Positions 39,062-48,938 of a stretch of DNA of 64,000 nucleotides are shown here, piece after piece. A program made the position numbers and the translations under genes. The notes beneath the pieces were generated by a model. The model searched no databases, was not told the DNA's origin, and worked only from the letters and a program-made list of their open reading frames with translations. Numbering within the stretch: position 1 is the first letter of the stretch; the number at the start of each line of letters is the position of its first letter. This DNA is from a virus. The stretch lies in IMG/VR virus record IMGVR_UViG_3300027668_001405, positions 32,001 to 96,000 of that record; one strand, written 5' to 3'.

Positions 39062-40334
39062 AAAGGATTGGGACTATCAATTTGTAAGTGATTGCGAAAT
39101 TGTGAATGTCTTTATTCCTAAGAATACTCACCTATCAGGTCACGAAGAATTAAAACAAAAGCTATTGTTATTACAGCAAGTTGAGTGTGATAATCACTTG
39201 ACATCAAGCATAGTTAACCTGTATAATACAAGTAGTATTGAGTGGATTGAACACGTTAGAAAAATGGGACACAAGTATGTTGCATTTTGGTTTGATGGCT
39301 GCTGGCCTAAATCAGATGGCATTGAAAAGAAAATACTAACATACATTAATAGACTTGAGAAGAAAGATTGGGTAACCGCAGTGCATCCAAAGTACTTGGA
39401 TAGTTTAATGTTATTGAACATTGACGAGTTTATTGCTTGGCCTGCTAAAGCACCTAACTTTGGAACATACGCATTTTGGGCAGAGAATTGGATTAGTGAT
39501 TGTACTGTAGAGTTAAGCAAAACTATAGAAAGAAACATTGTAGTTGGTGCTCCACAATCAGACCCACAGAACTTTTTAAATGGATTAATGGATAAGAAGT
39601 ATACAGACCACACAATATCCAGAGGCGCTAGAGTTATTATTAAACGTAAGAATATACCTAGCAGTCCTATATACTTTGTTAACACAGAACGCAGTAGCCC
39701 AACAGTAGCAGATGCAATAAAACACACAGTATTCAAGCAGTATGTAGGCGCAGTGGCTGGTTTTAAGCTTCTATACTACGCTTACACGTACGGTATTGAT
39801 ATAGACAGCACTAAGTTCGTCTGGTATGATTTCGACGCAAACAGCGTACAATTTAAGCGTGACACTATTAAAAATTGGGATGGAAATGACTATCCTACAT
39901 GGGTTAAGGAATGGGTACACGCACATCCAGAAGCAAATGCAGAATTACTAAAACACGTTGATAAAGAATGGTTAAATATAGTAAAGCAATTCGGCGGAAA
40001 GCAACAGTGGTTAGACTTCTGGGTTCAAGTACAGATGTGTGAACATGAGTTTCTTACTGTTGACTTAGTTAATAATCACAAGGAAATAACAGACAGATTA
40101 GTTAATGGTGCAAGTACATTCTTTTGGAGCAGTAACATATACAGCTATGTATTGCTAAAAGTAATAAGCAAACCATTTACATTAGAACGCAGTTTTGCAG
40201 AGTTAATCACAAGGCTACAACAAATAGAAACATGTTGGTTCTCAGGCACTGATCCCAATGACAACGATTTAACATGTGATGTTAAATGGATTCTAGGATA
40301 CAGTACTAATGACAGCATAGGAACAGGAATATGA
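39048..40334 (+). CDS. hypothetical protein, paralog of 40331..41713
   Basis: Shared VNTE, WYDF and WDGNDY segments. Confidence 0.7.
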   Translation: MKKGEKDWDYQFVSDCEIVNVFIPKNTHLSGHEELKQKLLLLQQVECDNHLTSSIVNLYNTSSIEWIEHVRKMGHKYVAFWFDGCWPKSDGIEKKILTYINRLEKKDWVTAVHPKYLDSLMLLNIDEFIAWPAKAPNFGTYAFWAENWISDCTVELSKTIERNIVVGAPQSDPQNFLNGLMDKKYTDHTISRGARVIIKRKNIPSSPIYFVNTERSSPTVADAIKHTVFKQYVGAVAGFKLLYYAYTYGIDIDSTKFVWYDFDANSVQFKRDTIKNWDGNDYPTWVKEWVHAHPEANAELLKHVDKEWLNIVKQFGGKQQWLDFWVQVQMCEHEFLTVDLVNNHKEITDRLVNGASTFFWSSNIYSYVLLKVISKPFTLERSFAELITRLQQIETCWFSGTDPNDNDLTCDVKWILGYSTNDSIGTGI

Positions 40335-41713
40335 AATTAAACGTAAGAGACAATAAAGAGATATGCCACATAACACTAGATGAGCTTGTATGCCCAGAAC
40401 TAGATAGTGCATCTAATGATTACATATCAGTACTAAAGCATGTTACAAATATTAGTATTGTTAACACTGGAAATTCGTCATACATAATTAATGCAAAGCA
40501 AGAGCATCTAAATGATATATTTGCAGATTTAAAATCATTTGGATACAGGCTAGCAGTACTATGGGCAGAAGGAAATATGATTGATGAAGATTTAGATGCT
40601 GATTTAATTACGTGTGCAAATGAATGGGACGACAGTGAATGGGCAACAGCAGGTCATATACTTGATAGAAAGAATAACATGTATCCTACGTTTCATAATC
40701 AATGTGTAGTAATTAATTTAAAGACTGCAACGTACCTTAATCCAAAAGGCATAGTAAATGACTATGTAGCATCAAGTGAACATATGCATGATGACTACAC
40801 TCCAACCTGGATTAAAGGAGTATCAGATAGAATACCAAACAGCAGTGTAGAAAGCTATAATGTGTTTGACATGCTAATGAGAATGTCAATTAATAACGAA
40901 CAGCTAATATACAACTTGCCATTTAATGTACGAAAGAAAAAGATATGTGTGTACCCTGAAGATGATATACAATGGGCACAAGAAGCTATCTTTGAAGATT
41001 ACAGTAAGTTAACTGAACAACAAGCAATGGCTAAAATTTACGACATTCGAGATAACTATCCAGATAAGAAACCTTTGTTTGATTTTAAGGTAATGGAGCA
41101 TGCAGTTGTATACATAACTAATACAGAAGATGTACCACCGAGAAAGGACAGCCAAATAAACGTAGGTGTGTTTCCATGTAGTGGAATACATCAATTTAAG
41201 CATATTGCAAATAACATTAATACAATGGAAAAAGTAATATGGGCAGACTTTAGTACATACGCAATTAATTGGATGACAATAGTTGTAAATGAATGGAACG
41301 GTCAAGACTTTACTAAGTTCTACAAGGACAACATACACAGAATTAATTTTGCTGGCAATGCAGAATTTGACGAAGATTTAGTAGTACAGTTTTACGAAAG
41401 TTTTGCTGACAATGAATGGCTTGCAGTGTGGCATAAAATACAAAGTTTAGATCACGTGTTTCTAAAAGTCAATCTAATAGAACAATACGATATGGTGTTA
41501 CACCATATACCAAAGAATAAGAACGTATTACTGCAATGTAGTAACATATGGTTATACGAAGAAAATTACATTAACCGTGGATTCAAAGCCACCCACGCAG
41601 TACTTGATTATATTAAGCTAGCGTTAGATAAGTCCAACAAAGTTATATTTGTGGGCGATGCTAATGGTACGTTTTATGATTTAACAAACATAGGGAGAAA
41701 CAAATGGATATAG
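40331..41713 (+). CDS. hypothetical protein, paralog of 39048..40334
   Basis: Shared TNTE, WADF and WNGQDF segments. Confidence 0.7.
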   Translation: MKLNVRDNKEICHITLDELVCPELDSASNDYISVLKHVTNISIVNTGNSSYIINAKQEHLNDIFADLKSFGYRLAVLWAEGNMIDEDLDADLITCANEWDDSEWATAGHILDRKNNMYPTFHNQCVVINLKTATYLNPKGIVNDYVASSEHMHDDYTPTWIKGVSDRIPNSSVESYNVFDMLMRMSINNEQLIYNLPFNVRKKKICVYPEDDIQWAQEAIFEDYSKLTEQQAMAKIYDIRDNYPDKKPLFDFKVMEHAVVYITNTEDVPPRKDSQINVGVFPCSGIHQFKHIANNINTMEKVIWADFSTYAINWMTIVVNEWNGQDFTKFYKDNIHRINFAGNAEFDEDLVVQFYESFADNEWLAVWHKIQSLDHVFLKVNLIEQYDMVLHHIPKNKNVLLQCSNIWLYEENYINRGFKATHAVLDYIKLALDKSNKVIFVGDANGTFYDLTNIGRNKWI

Positions 41714-42564
41714 TACCAATGCCAGAAGCAAAGTCAATTGAGGAAATTGAACAAGAACAACATCATCATCAAGAGTTCCTTGATAAACGTAAGATACTTG
41801 AATACAAACATCATTTGTATCCTGAAGTAAACAAGCGTTGTAAAGACTTTATACAAAAATGGGGCGACAGTACAAAAGAACCTACTCGAGCAGATACAGA
41901 GCATGCACAAGGTCGCTTAGAAGAAGATTTTGAAGATGCCAATACAATTATTGATAATACTAGGCTACCTTGGGTACCAGTAAACATTTCAGTACCATGG
42001 AAGGACATTTGGTTAGAAGCTAGGCACTTGTTATACACCGAGTGCTTTACACCACACAGAACTGACGGCAGTGCAGGTTGGCTTAGTTTATGTATACATG
42101 GCATGTCGTCTGTGCATACAAACTGTGCAGAAGATTATAACTTGCCAGACGAAGCAGAAGAAGAATTAAGCGAATGGACAGACATAGCAAAGTTCTGCCC
42201 AATTACAGTTGAGTGGATGAAAGATGCAATGTTGTATGAGCAGTTTACTCGTGTAAGATTTATGTGTGTATTACCGGGTGGCTGGATTGAGCCTCACCGA
42301 GACACAGACAAAGTAGCTGGATTAGGTGCAACTAATGTTGCTATCAACAATCCAGATGGATGTAGACTAATTATGGAACAATATGGCGAGCTACCATTTA
42401 CACCTGGATCTGTTTTTAAAATAAATACTGGATATAATCATATGGTATATAATGATAGTAACGAGCCACGTTTTCATATGATATTTGACGGTCGACCAGA
42501 TGACACGTTTAAAAGGAAAGTAAACACTCAATATAATTGGATGTTCGACAAAAAGAAGAAATAA
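41704..42564 (+). CDS. aspartyl/asparaginyl beta-hydroxylase-like 2OG-Fe(II) oxygenase
   Basis: RVRFM..PGGWIEPHRD (HxD), HMVYNDSNEPRFHMI. Confidence 0.8.
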   Translation: MDIVPMPEAKSIEEIEQEQHHHQEFLDKRKILEYKHHLYPEVNKRCKDFIQKWGDSTKEPTRADTEHAQGRLEEDFEDANTIIDNTRLPWVPVNISVPWKDIWLEARHLLYTECFTPHRTDGSAGWLSLCIHGMSSVHTNCAEDYNLPDEAEEELSEWTDIAKFCPITVEWMKDAMLYEQFTRVRFMCVLPGGWIEPHRDTDKVAGLGATNVAINNPDGCRLIMEQYGELPFTPGSVFKINTGYNHMVYNDSNEPRFHMIFDGRPDDTFKRKVNTQYNWMFDKKKK

Positions 42565-42566
42565 TT

Positions 42567-43619
42567 ATGCCAAAGTGTTTAATGTTTAAAAATGGTGTTA
42601 CAATAGGACCGATCGGAAACGTTCGTCCTTGTTGTATGTACATGAATGACGACATTGAACAACGTTATAATGAAGATGGGTGGCGAGAAAAGTTTGACGA
42701 ACTATACGAACAAAGTCTAACTAAATGGCTGCCTAACTGTTATGAATGTAAAGCAGAAGAAGACCGAGGTGGCAACAGTCTACGCATGGATGCTAACAAA
42801 TGGTTTGACGGTAAAGAAGGAATTCAATATTGGGATTTAAAATTGCACAACACATGTAATCTTACGTGTGTAATGTGTAATCCAATAAGCAGTAGCAAAT
42901 GGCAGAAGCTAGTAAATGAGAATCCTGAAGAAGATTTCTTACGTGTTGTTAAAAGCGAAGCAAAGATTAAAACAGGGTGGCATAAAGATATACTTCCATT
43001 AATGATGGAACAGCTATATGACACTAAGTATTTAAAGTTTACAGGCGGAGAGCCTTTCTTAATACCACATGTAAGAAAGATTATTAAACGTTTGTATGAA
43101 GAAGAAGTATCACCAGCAGTACGACTAAGTATTATTACAAACGGCACAGTTCCAATTGATGCTGAAATGCTTAAAATGTTACTAACGTTTAAAGACGTAG
43201 TATTCCTAGTAAGCATAGATGGAATAGAAGAACGCTTTGAGTATATAAGACAAGGCGCTAACTGGAAAGAAGTAGAACAGAACCTAAAGACATTTAAGGA
43301 AATTGAGGTGAATAATAACAACTTCCACCTCAACATAAATTACTTGCCTATGTCAATAAATGCCGCACAAAACGAATCAGCAACAGAATGGGCTAAGAAG
43401 TTAAAAATTAACCTTAGTAAGAGTGTTGAAATATATAGGCCAAAGTATTTGACATATGCCAGTTTAAGTGTTAAACTAAGGGATAGATATAATATAACCT
43501 CAGTACATGAGTATGACGAGGAGCAATATAACCAATTATTAAAACATATGGCTATAAAAGATAAGTTACTAGGCACCGACTTTAAGAGTGCTTGCCCGGA
43601 GTTCTTTGAAGATGAGTAA
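42567..43619 (+). CDS. radical SAM protein with N-terminal twitch/SPASM-like domain
   Basis: KCLMF..RPCC..CYEC; CNLTCVMC; GGEP; ITNG. Confidence 0.9.
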   Translation: MPKCLMFKNGVTIGPIGNVRPCCMYMNDDIEQRYNEDGWREKFDELYEQSLTKWLPNCYECKAEEDRGGNSLRMDANKWFDGKEGIQYWDLKLHNTCNLTCVMCNPISSSKWQKLVNENPEEDFLRVVKSEAKIKTGWHKDILPLMMEQLYDTKYLKFTGGEPFLIPHVRKIIKRLYEEEVSPAVRLSIITNGTVPIDAEMLKMLLTFKDVVFLVSIDGIEERFEYIRQGANWKEVEQNLKTFKEIEVNNNNFHLNINYLPMSINAAQNESATEWAKKLKINLSKSVEIYRPKYLTYASLSVKLRDRYNITSVHEYDEEQYNQLLKHMAIKDKLLGTDFKSACPEFFEDE

Positions 43620-44838
43620 AAAATTACCCAGCGATACTTTTTGTGTATTGCCATTTATGCATGCCGCAGTTAATCCTGGTGGTGGCTTTCGTGTTTGTTG
43701 TAACAGCAATCCAGCTAACAACAAGGTACTAAGAGATGACGGAAGTGGTAAAGCATATAGAATATTCAAAGACGACATTAACGAAATGTGGAACAGTCAA
43801 TGGCTACAAAAGATTCGTAAGGAATTTATTGCAGGCGAACGTCCTGAAACTTGCCAGAGATGTTTCCGTGAAGAAGATGCAGGCATACGTAGTCCACGTG
43901 CAGGTTATAATGAAAAGTGGTACAAGGAAGATGTTAAAGTAGCAGAAGTAATTCCATTAGACATACGTTATGTAGATCTACGTTTGGGTAACTTGTGCAA
44001 CTTGAAGTGTCGTATGTGTAATCCATGGAGCTCTAGCATGTGGGTAAAGGATTGGAACAAAGTTACTGGAACAGCAGAGCTTACACCAAACGAACCACTA
44101 AGCAAATCAGACCTTGAGTTTATGGAAGTAATGCAGGAATGGCCAGACCGTAAACAAACTGGTGTTAACTTTGTAGAGATTGCAAGCACTATAGAAGAAA
44201 TATATTTAACAGGTGGAGAGCCTACTTTAGCTATATCGCAGTATGCATTATTTGACTATTGTATTGAGAATGATTTAGCCAGCAATATTAAACTAAAATA
44301 CAATACTAACCTAACAAACATTCCACAGAAAATGATTGACTATTGGAGTCACTTCAAAGGTGTGCAACTTAATTGTAGTATTGATGCAACAGGTGCCAGA
44401 GACAGGTACGTTAGGTATCCAAGTAGTTGGATGAAAATAGAACAAACATTTGATAAGCTATTAGCACTACCTAATGTAGGTATTCAAGTGCATTGTACAG
44501 TACAAGTATTAAATATGTGTGCTATGAGTGAATTGTTTGATTGGACTAGAAGCAAAGGTATACCAGACAAAGATATATACTTAAACATTCTTAATCATCC
44601 TGAGATGTACAATATTCGTACACTACCTACAGACTTAAAACAACTAGCAGAACAACGTTTACAGAATTATTTAGACATTCCAAAAGTTGCAGACTGCATT
44701 AAGTATATGTGGGCTGAAGATTGGTATGATAAGCGTTGGCAAGAGTTTATTGACTTTAACAATAAGACAGATCAACTACAGAAAGGTAACCTACTTGAGG
44801 TGTGTCCAGAATTTACTAATTATATTGACCATAAATAG
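43612..44838 (+). CDS. radical SAM protein with N-terminal twitch/SPASM-like domain
   Basis: FCVLPF..VCC..CQRC; CNLKCRMC; GGEP; NTN. Confidence 0.9.
   Translation: MSKKLPSDTFCVLPFMHAAVNPGGGFRVCCNSNPANNKVLRDDGSGKAYRIFKDDINEMWNSQWLQKIRKEFIAGERPETCQRCFREEDAGIRSPRAGYNEKWYKEDVKVAEVIPLDIRYVDLRLGNLCNLKCRMCNPWSSSMWVKDWNKVTGTAELTPNEPLSKSDLEFMEVMQEWPDRKQTGVNFVEIASTIEEIYLTGGEPTLAISQYALFDYCIENDLASNIKLKYNTNLTNIPQKMIDYWSHFKGVQLNCSIDATGARDRYVRYPSSWMKIEQTFDKLLALPNVGIQVHCTVQVLNMCAMSELFDWTRSKGIPDKDIYLNILNHPEMYNIRTLPTDLKQLAEQRLQNYLDIPKVADCIKYMWAEDWYDKRWQEFIDFNNKTDQLQKGNLLEVCPEFTNYIDHK
44830..44837 (+). promoter_or_regulatory. late promoter motif CATAAATA
   Basis: At a gene end, before RBS AGGGGAG of the nitroreductase. 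Confidence 0.5.
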
Positions 44839-44856
44839 TAGAAAGGGGAGAACAAC

Positions 44857-45537
44857 ATGGAATATTTAGATATATTAAAAAATAGAAGTACTACGTTCAG
44901 CTGGACAACCGAGATGATTCCAGATGATGTGCTACTTGAAGTATGTGAAGAAGTACATTTATATTGCCCAAGTAAGAATAAGAAAATACCTTATGTAGTT
45001 CATATAGTTGAAAATACAGAGCAAGAACAACGCAAAACAATACACTTAGCTTGTCATCGAAATACTGATAAATCTACAGCAGAAGATGGCGGCAATCCAC
45101 AAGTATTAGCTCCTACCCTAATAGCATTTGTTAAACGTGAGGTTGAAGAAGCAGAAACAAGATACCAAACAATTGAGAAACGTGACGAACTAGGTACTGC
45201 TAATACAGACAATATTGAAATTGGAATGGTTGCAGTAACATTTTTAAATGCACTTACTAGACGAGGATGGGATACAGGATTATGTCAATGTATAAGAGAC
45301 AGAGACGGACTTGGAGCCTTGTTAGGTTTAGGCGGCCCAATAGATTTGTTTATTGGAGTAGGTAGACGAGAGTTAGAATCTACTGAAGGTGCTGTAACAG
45401 AAAAAGTATTTGATGAATTTCATTGGCCAGCTTATAGAGATCCAAGAGATGACTTAATGAAGAAAATTCCATATCCGTATGGAATGAATCCGTATCCAAA
45501 ACCGGAATTCAATGACGTATATAAAATTAAAAAGTAA
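44857..45537 (+). CDS. nitroreductase-family flavoprotein
   Basis: LKNRSTTFSW, CPSKN, QVLAP, GWDTGLC. Confidence 0.7.
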   Translation: MEYLDILKNRSTTFSWTTEMIPDDVLLEVCEEVHLYCPSKNKKIPYVVHIVENTEQEQRKTIHLACHRNTDKSTAEDGGNPQVLAPTLIAFVKREVEEAETRYQTIEKRDELGTANTDNIEIGMVAVTFLNALTRRGWDTGLCQCIRDRDGLGALLGLGGPIDLFIGVGRRELESTEGAVTEKVFDEFHWPAYRDPRDDLMKKIPYPYGMNPYPKPEFNDVYKIKK

Positions 45538-45546
45538 AGACACACT

Positions 45547-46110
45547 ATGAGAATAATTGCAACAGGAAACCCTAACTTTGGCGTAGCAAGTGCTATCGCT
45601 GAACGATGGCCAGAAACTACATTTGTTAATAGAACAGATTGGGGCTACGATTTATGCCAAGATGGATACAAAAAGAAGCTAGCAGAAAAGACTCTTAACT
45701 ATGACGTCTTTATTAACTGTTCCGCACTATGGCAGTACCACCAAACTCTCCTACTAGATGTAGTCTATAAAAACGCTTTAAAGAACCGTAAACGACTACA
45801 TATAGTTAGTTTAGGTAGCACTACTGACCGGGCCACTAAAGGCTCTGATTGGCACTATCAGCAAGAAAAGAAAGCGTTACGTAGTACAAGCAACGCATTG
45901 GGCTTAAAAAGCATATGGGCAGGCGGTCCTAAGGTAAGTTATGTTACATTTGGAACACTTGAGAACAATGCACACAAGCACCCAGGTAGAGCTGTAATGC
46001 AACTAAGTGAAGCAGTAGATATGATTGAATATGTAATTAGTCTTCCAGATCATTTAAACCTAAATGAAATAAGCATGGACCCAATACAAACAGAGTGGCC
46101 GAATGTCTGA
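45547..46110 (+). CDS. short SDR-like oxidoreductase
   Basis: IIATG..GVASAI, DVFINCS, IVSLGS, YxxxK (YQQEK), LNEI. Confidence 0.7.
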   Translation: MRIIATGNPNFGVASAIAERWPETTFVNRTDWGYDLCQDGYKKKLAEKTLNYDVFINCSALWQYHQTLLLDVVYKNALKNRKRLHIVSLGSTTDRATKGSDWHYQQEKKALRSTSNALGLKSIWAGGPKVSYVTFGTLENNAHKHPGRAVMQLSEAVDMIEYVISLPDHLNLNEISMDPIQTEWPNV

Positions 46111-47281
46111 AGATAAAATGTGCTACATGCCTTGGCACGGAATTACGCTGAGTGCTAATGGCGATATTAAACCTTGTTGTCAATTTAGTAACAAAGGACG
46201 TAGACCTAATACTGAACACGACACTATTATGGAAAACTTTAATAGTGAACGTATGCAAGAATTACGTGGACAGTTTCTAATAGGTGAACAACCTAAAGCA
46301 TGTAACAGTTGTTGGGAGAGAGAAGACTTAGTAGGCAAGAGTAGACGCTTATGGTTCAATGAAAAGTTTATGAAAGACGACGAAGCTTTTCAACAAGGAT
46401 ACAACCCGTCAGACCTAGTAGTACCTAATCCTAAATTATATCAAGCAGATATTAACTTGTCAAACGTATGCAATTTGAAGTGTCGTATGTGTGGAAGTTG
46501 GGCCAGTAACAGTTGGTTCAAAGAAGAAATAGCACTAGCAAAAATAGACAAACGTTATGAGAAGAATGAACGTGTTGTTCCAATACAACAATACGACTTA
46601 GAAGATTTACGCAATATGCTACCTCACTTGAAAGAAGTCAAACGTATAGACTTCAAGGGTGGCGAGCCTATGATGGCAAAGCATCACAATCAATTCCTGC
46701 AATGGCTTATTGAAGAAGATATGACAGACATAGAATTGTTTTACACTACCAACGGAACAGTACAGAATCCTAAAATTATGGACTTGCTCAAACACTTCAA
46801 ACGTGTTAGTATATGTTTTAGTATAGAAGGTACTGGAGATTTATATAGATACATCAGAGGCGGTAGGTATGACATAGAAGGTTTTGAAAAATGCGTAGCA
46901 GTTTACGACAAATTAGAAAACGTACAAATTATGTTTAATGTAACATTACAGAACTATAACGTATTCAACTTGCCTGAACTACATGAGTTTTTACACGATT
47001 TAGAAGATAAATATAACAGAGTAAGTGCTAAACATAGTTTTGGTACAATCTGTAATAAACCTGCTTACCTAAGCCCAATTAATTTACCAGACGATTTACG
47101 TGATCAAGCAGTTGAGCGTTTATCATTATATGAAGATTTCGACCAATTGGTAAAGAGTATGAATAAGCGTGTATTCGACCCAGAACTATGGGAAGTGTTT
47201 ATTAACTTTACTAACGACCTAGACAAAATGCGAGGAGACAGTGTGTTAAAATCTGTGCCTGAGCTAAAGGATCATTTTTAA
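46103..47281 (+). CDS. radical SAM protein with N-terminal twitch/SPASM-like domain
   Basis: MCYMPW..PCC..CNSC; CNLKCRMC; GGEP; TTNG. Confidence 0.9.
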   Translation: MSEDKMCYMPWHGITLSANGDIKPCCQFSNKGRRPNTEHDTIMENFNSERMQELRGQFLIGEQPKACNSCWEREDLVGKSRRLWFNEKFMKDDEAFQQGYNPSDLVVPNPKLYQADINLSNVCNLKCRMCGSWASNSWFKEEIALAKIDKRYEKNERVVPIQQYDLEDLRNMLPHLKEVKRIDFKGGEPMMAKHHNQFLQWLIEEDMTDIELFYTTNGTVQNPKIMDLLKHFKRVSICFSIEGTGDLYRYIRGGRYDIEGFEKCVAVYDKLENVQIMFNVTLQNYNVFNLPELHEFLHDLEDKYNRVSAKHSFGTICNKPAYLSPINLPDDLRDQAVERLSLYEDFDQLVKSMNKRVFDPELWEVFINFTNDLDKMRGDSVLKSVPELKDHF

Positions 47282-48000
47282 TGCTAGTAGGAATTGAAGA
47301 CAACCATGCACCCAAAGACGAGTTACTTCGAGTAGAATGGAACTTAGGCAAACGTTGTAACTATAACTGTAGCTACTGTGGTAACGAACTACATAACAAG
47401 ACAAGCGACCATATGAATTGGGAAGTGTACACAGCTACAATTGATAAAATTGTTGCGGCAGCTAATGGCAAGAAGATTAAAATTAGTTTTACAGGTGGGG
47501 AACCATTTGTACATCCACAATTTATTGATATGATGAAGTATGCTAAAGAGAATGGCGTATACAGATTAAGTGTAACTACCAACGGAAGTCCACCACCAAA
47601 GATATATAAGAAAGCATTGCCGTACTTGCATTACGTAGTAATAAGCTACCACTTTGAATTTGCTTACCACGACAAAGTTATTAATAACATTGTAGGCATG
47701 TGGTCAGACATTCAAGAGTATCGCAAGCAAGATCAGTGGAAAGGTATGCACGTACACATTATGGCACTACCTGGAAAGCTAGCACAATGGCAAGAGATTA
47801 TAACAGAATTAAAAGACTGTGGAGTTGAATATACAATACGTAAAATTAGACCACGTGTTAACATGGCTCGAACAGGCTGGAACAAACCACATCAAGATGG
47901 AATGTTAGGGCAACACCCTACTCACGAAGAAACCGAGAAGTATGCAGGACAATATTATAGTCCGGAAGAAGAGGAATGGCTTACTGCCCAAAATGCTTAA
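47281..48000 (+). CDS. radical SAM core only (lacks the C-terminal SPASM domain)
   Basis: WNLGKRCNYNCSYC, FTGGEP, TTNGS; paralog of 51875..53062 but about 155 aa shorter. Confidence 0.88.
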   Translation: MLVGIEDNHAPKDELLRVEWNLGKRCNYNCSYCGNELHNKTSDHMNWEVYTATIDKIVAAANGKKIKISFTGGEPFVHPQFIDMMKYAKENGVYRLSVTTNGSPPPKIYKKALPYLHYVVISYHFEFAYHDKVINNIVGMWSDIQEYRKQDQWKGMHVHIMALPGKLAQWQEIITELKDCGVEYTIRKIRPRVNMARTGWNKPHQDGMLGQHPTHEETEKYAGQYYSPEEEEWLTAQNA

Positions 48001-48619
48001 TCAATCAGATGACAAATTGGAAATTGAACTAACTAGCAAGTGTGCATTACAATGCCCAGCTTGTGCAAGAGTGACACAATCTGATATGAAACAAGAATGG
48101 GATGCAGGACATTTAAGCAAAGAATTATTATTTAGAATATGTGACACTACAAACTTTCATAGATATCAATTTGTAGGTTGTTACGGAGATCCTATATACC
48201 ATCCTGACTTTTTGGAAATATGTAAATATTTTATGGCAGCAGGTAAGAAGATACTAGTGCATACAAATGGTAGTGCAAAGCCAGAAAAGTTTTGGAAGGA
48301 AGCAGCAGACATAGTTTGGAAAGGATGTATATTTACATTCAGCGTTGATGGACTAGAAGATACTAACCACATATATCGTAAGGGTTCTAAGTGGAAGCAA
48401 ATATTAACAGCAATGAAATATATGGCTAGTATACCTAGAGAAAACAGACCAACATTAGAATGGAAGTTTTTAGTATTCCCATACAATAAGCATCAAATAG
48501 AAGAAGCACGTACACTAGCAAACGAGCTAGGGTTTACAAAGTTTGAAGCATGGGATAGTTATAGAAATGCTAATTCTTATAACGTACCAGCAGAGGAGCT
48601 TCATAACTATGTTTCATAA
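47993..48619 (+). CDS. radical SAM protein (split pair, paralog of 5638..6297)
   Basis: CALQCPAC, GCYGDPIYHPDF, HTNGS, FSVDGLEDTN. Confidence 0.9.
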   Translation: MLNQSDDKLEIELTSKCALQCPACARVTQSDMKQEWDAGHLSKELLFRICDTTNFHRYQFVGCYGDPIYHPDFLEICKYFMAAGKKILVHTNGSAKPEKFWKEAADIVWKGCIFTFSVDGLEDTNHIYRKGSKWKQILTAMKYMASIPRENRPTLEWKFLVFPYNKHQIEEARTLANELGFTKFEAWDSYRNANSYNVPAEELHNYVS

Positions 48620-48938
48620 GAATTTAGATCCTCAGTGTAGAAAAGAGAACATGCAGGAAAAGAATAATATTCAGCTTAGTGCTACTGGTTATTTAAAACC
48701 TTGTTGTTTTTATGGTACAAGCATTAACTGGAAACAGCTAATGACATGGGCAGACAATCGAGGACTTGATATAGAGAATTTGAATATTACTAAACATAGT
48801 GTAGAGAAGATATATAACTCTCCATTATGGGCAAACATGTTGCTAGGACAAGTTACAGGCGACTTACCAACTCCATGTTGGGACCTGTGCAGAGTTAATA
48901 GCACAAATAAAATAGATGTAAAAAAACATGCAAAATAG
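48609..48938 (+). CDS. stand-alone SPASM/twitch-like protein (paralog of 6294..6617)
   Basis: PQC..LSATGYLKPCCF..PCWDLC. Confidence 0.72.
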   Translation: MFHKNLDPQCRKENMQEKNNIQLSATGYLKPCCFYGTSINWKQLMTWADNRGLDIENLNITKHSVEKIYNSPLWANMLLGQVTGDLPTPCWDLCRVNSTNKIDVKKHAK

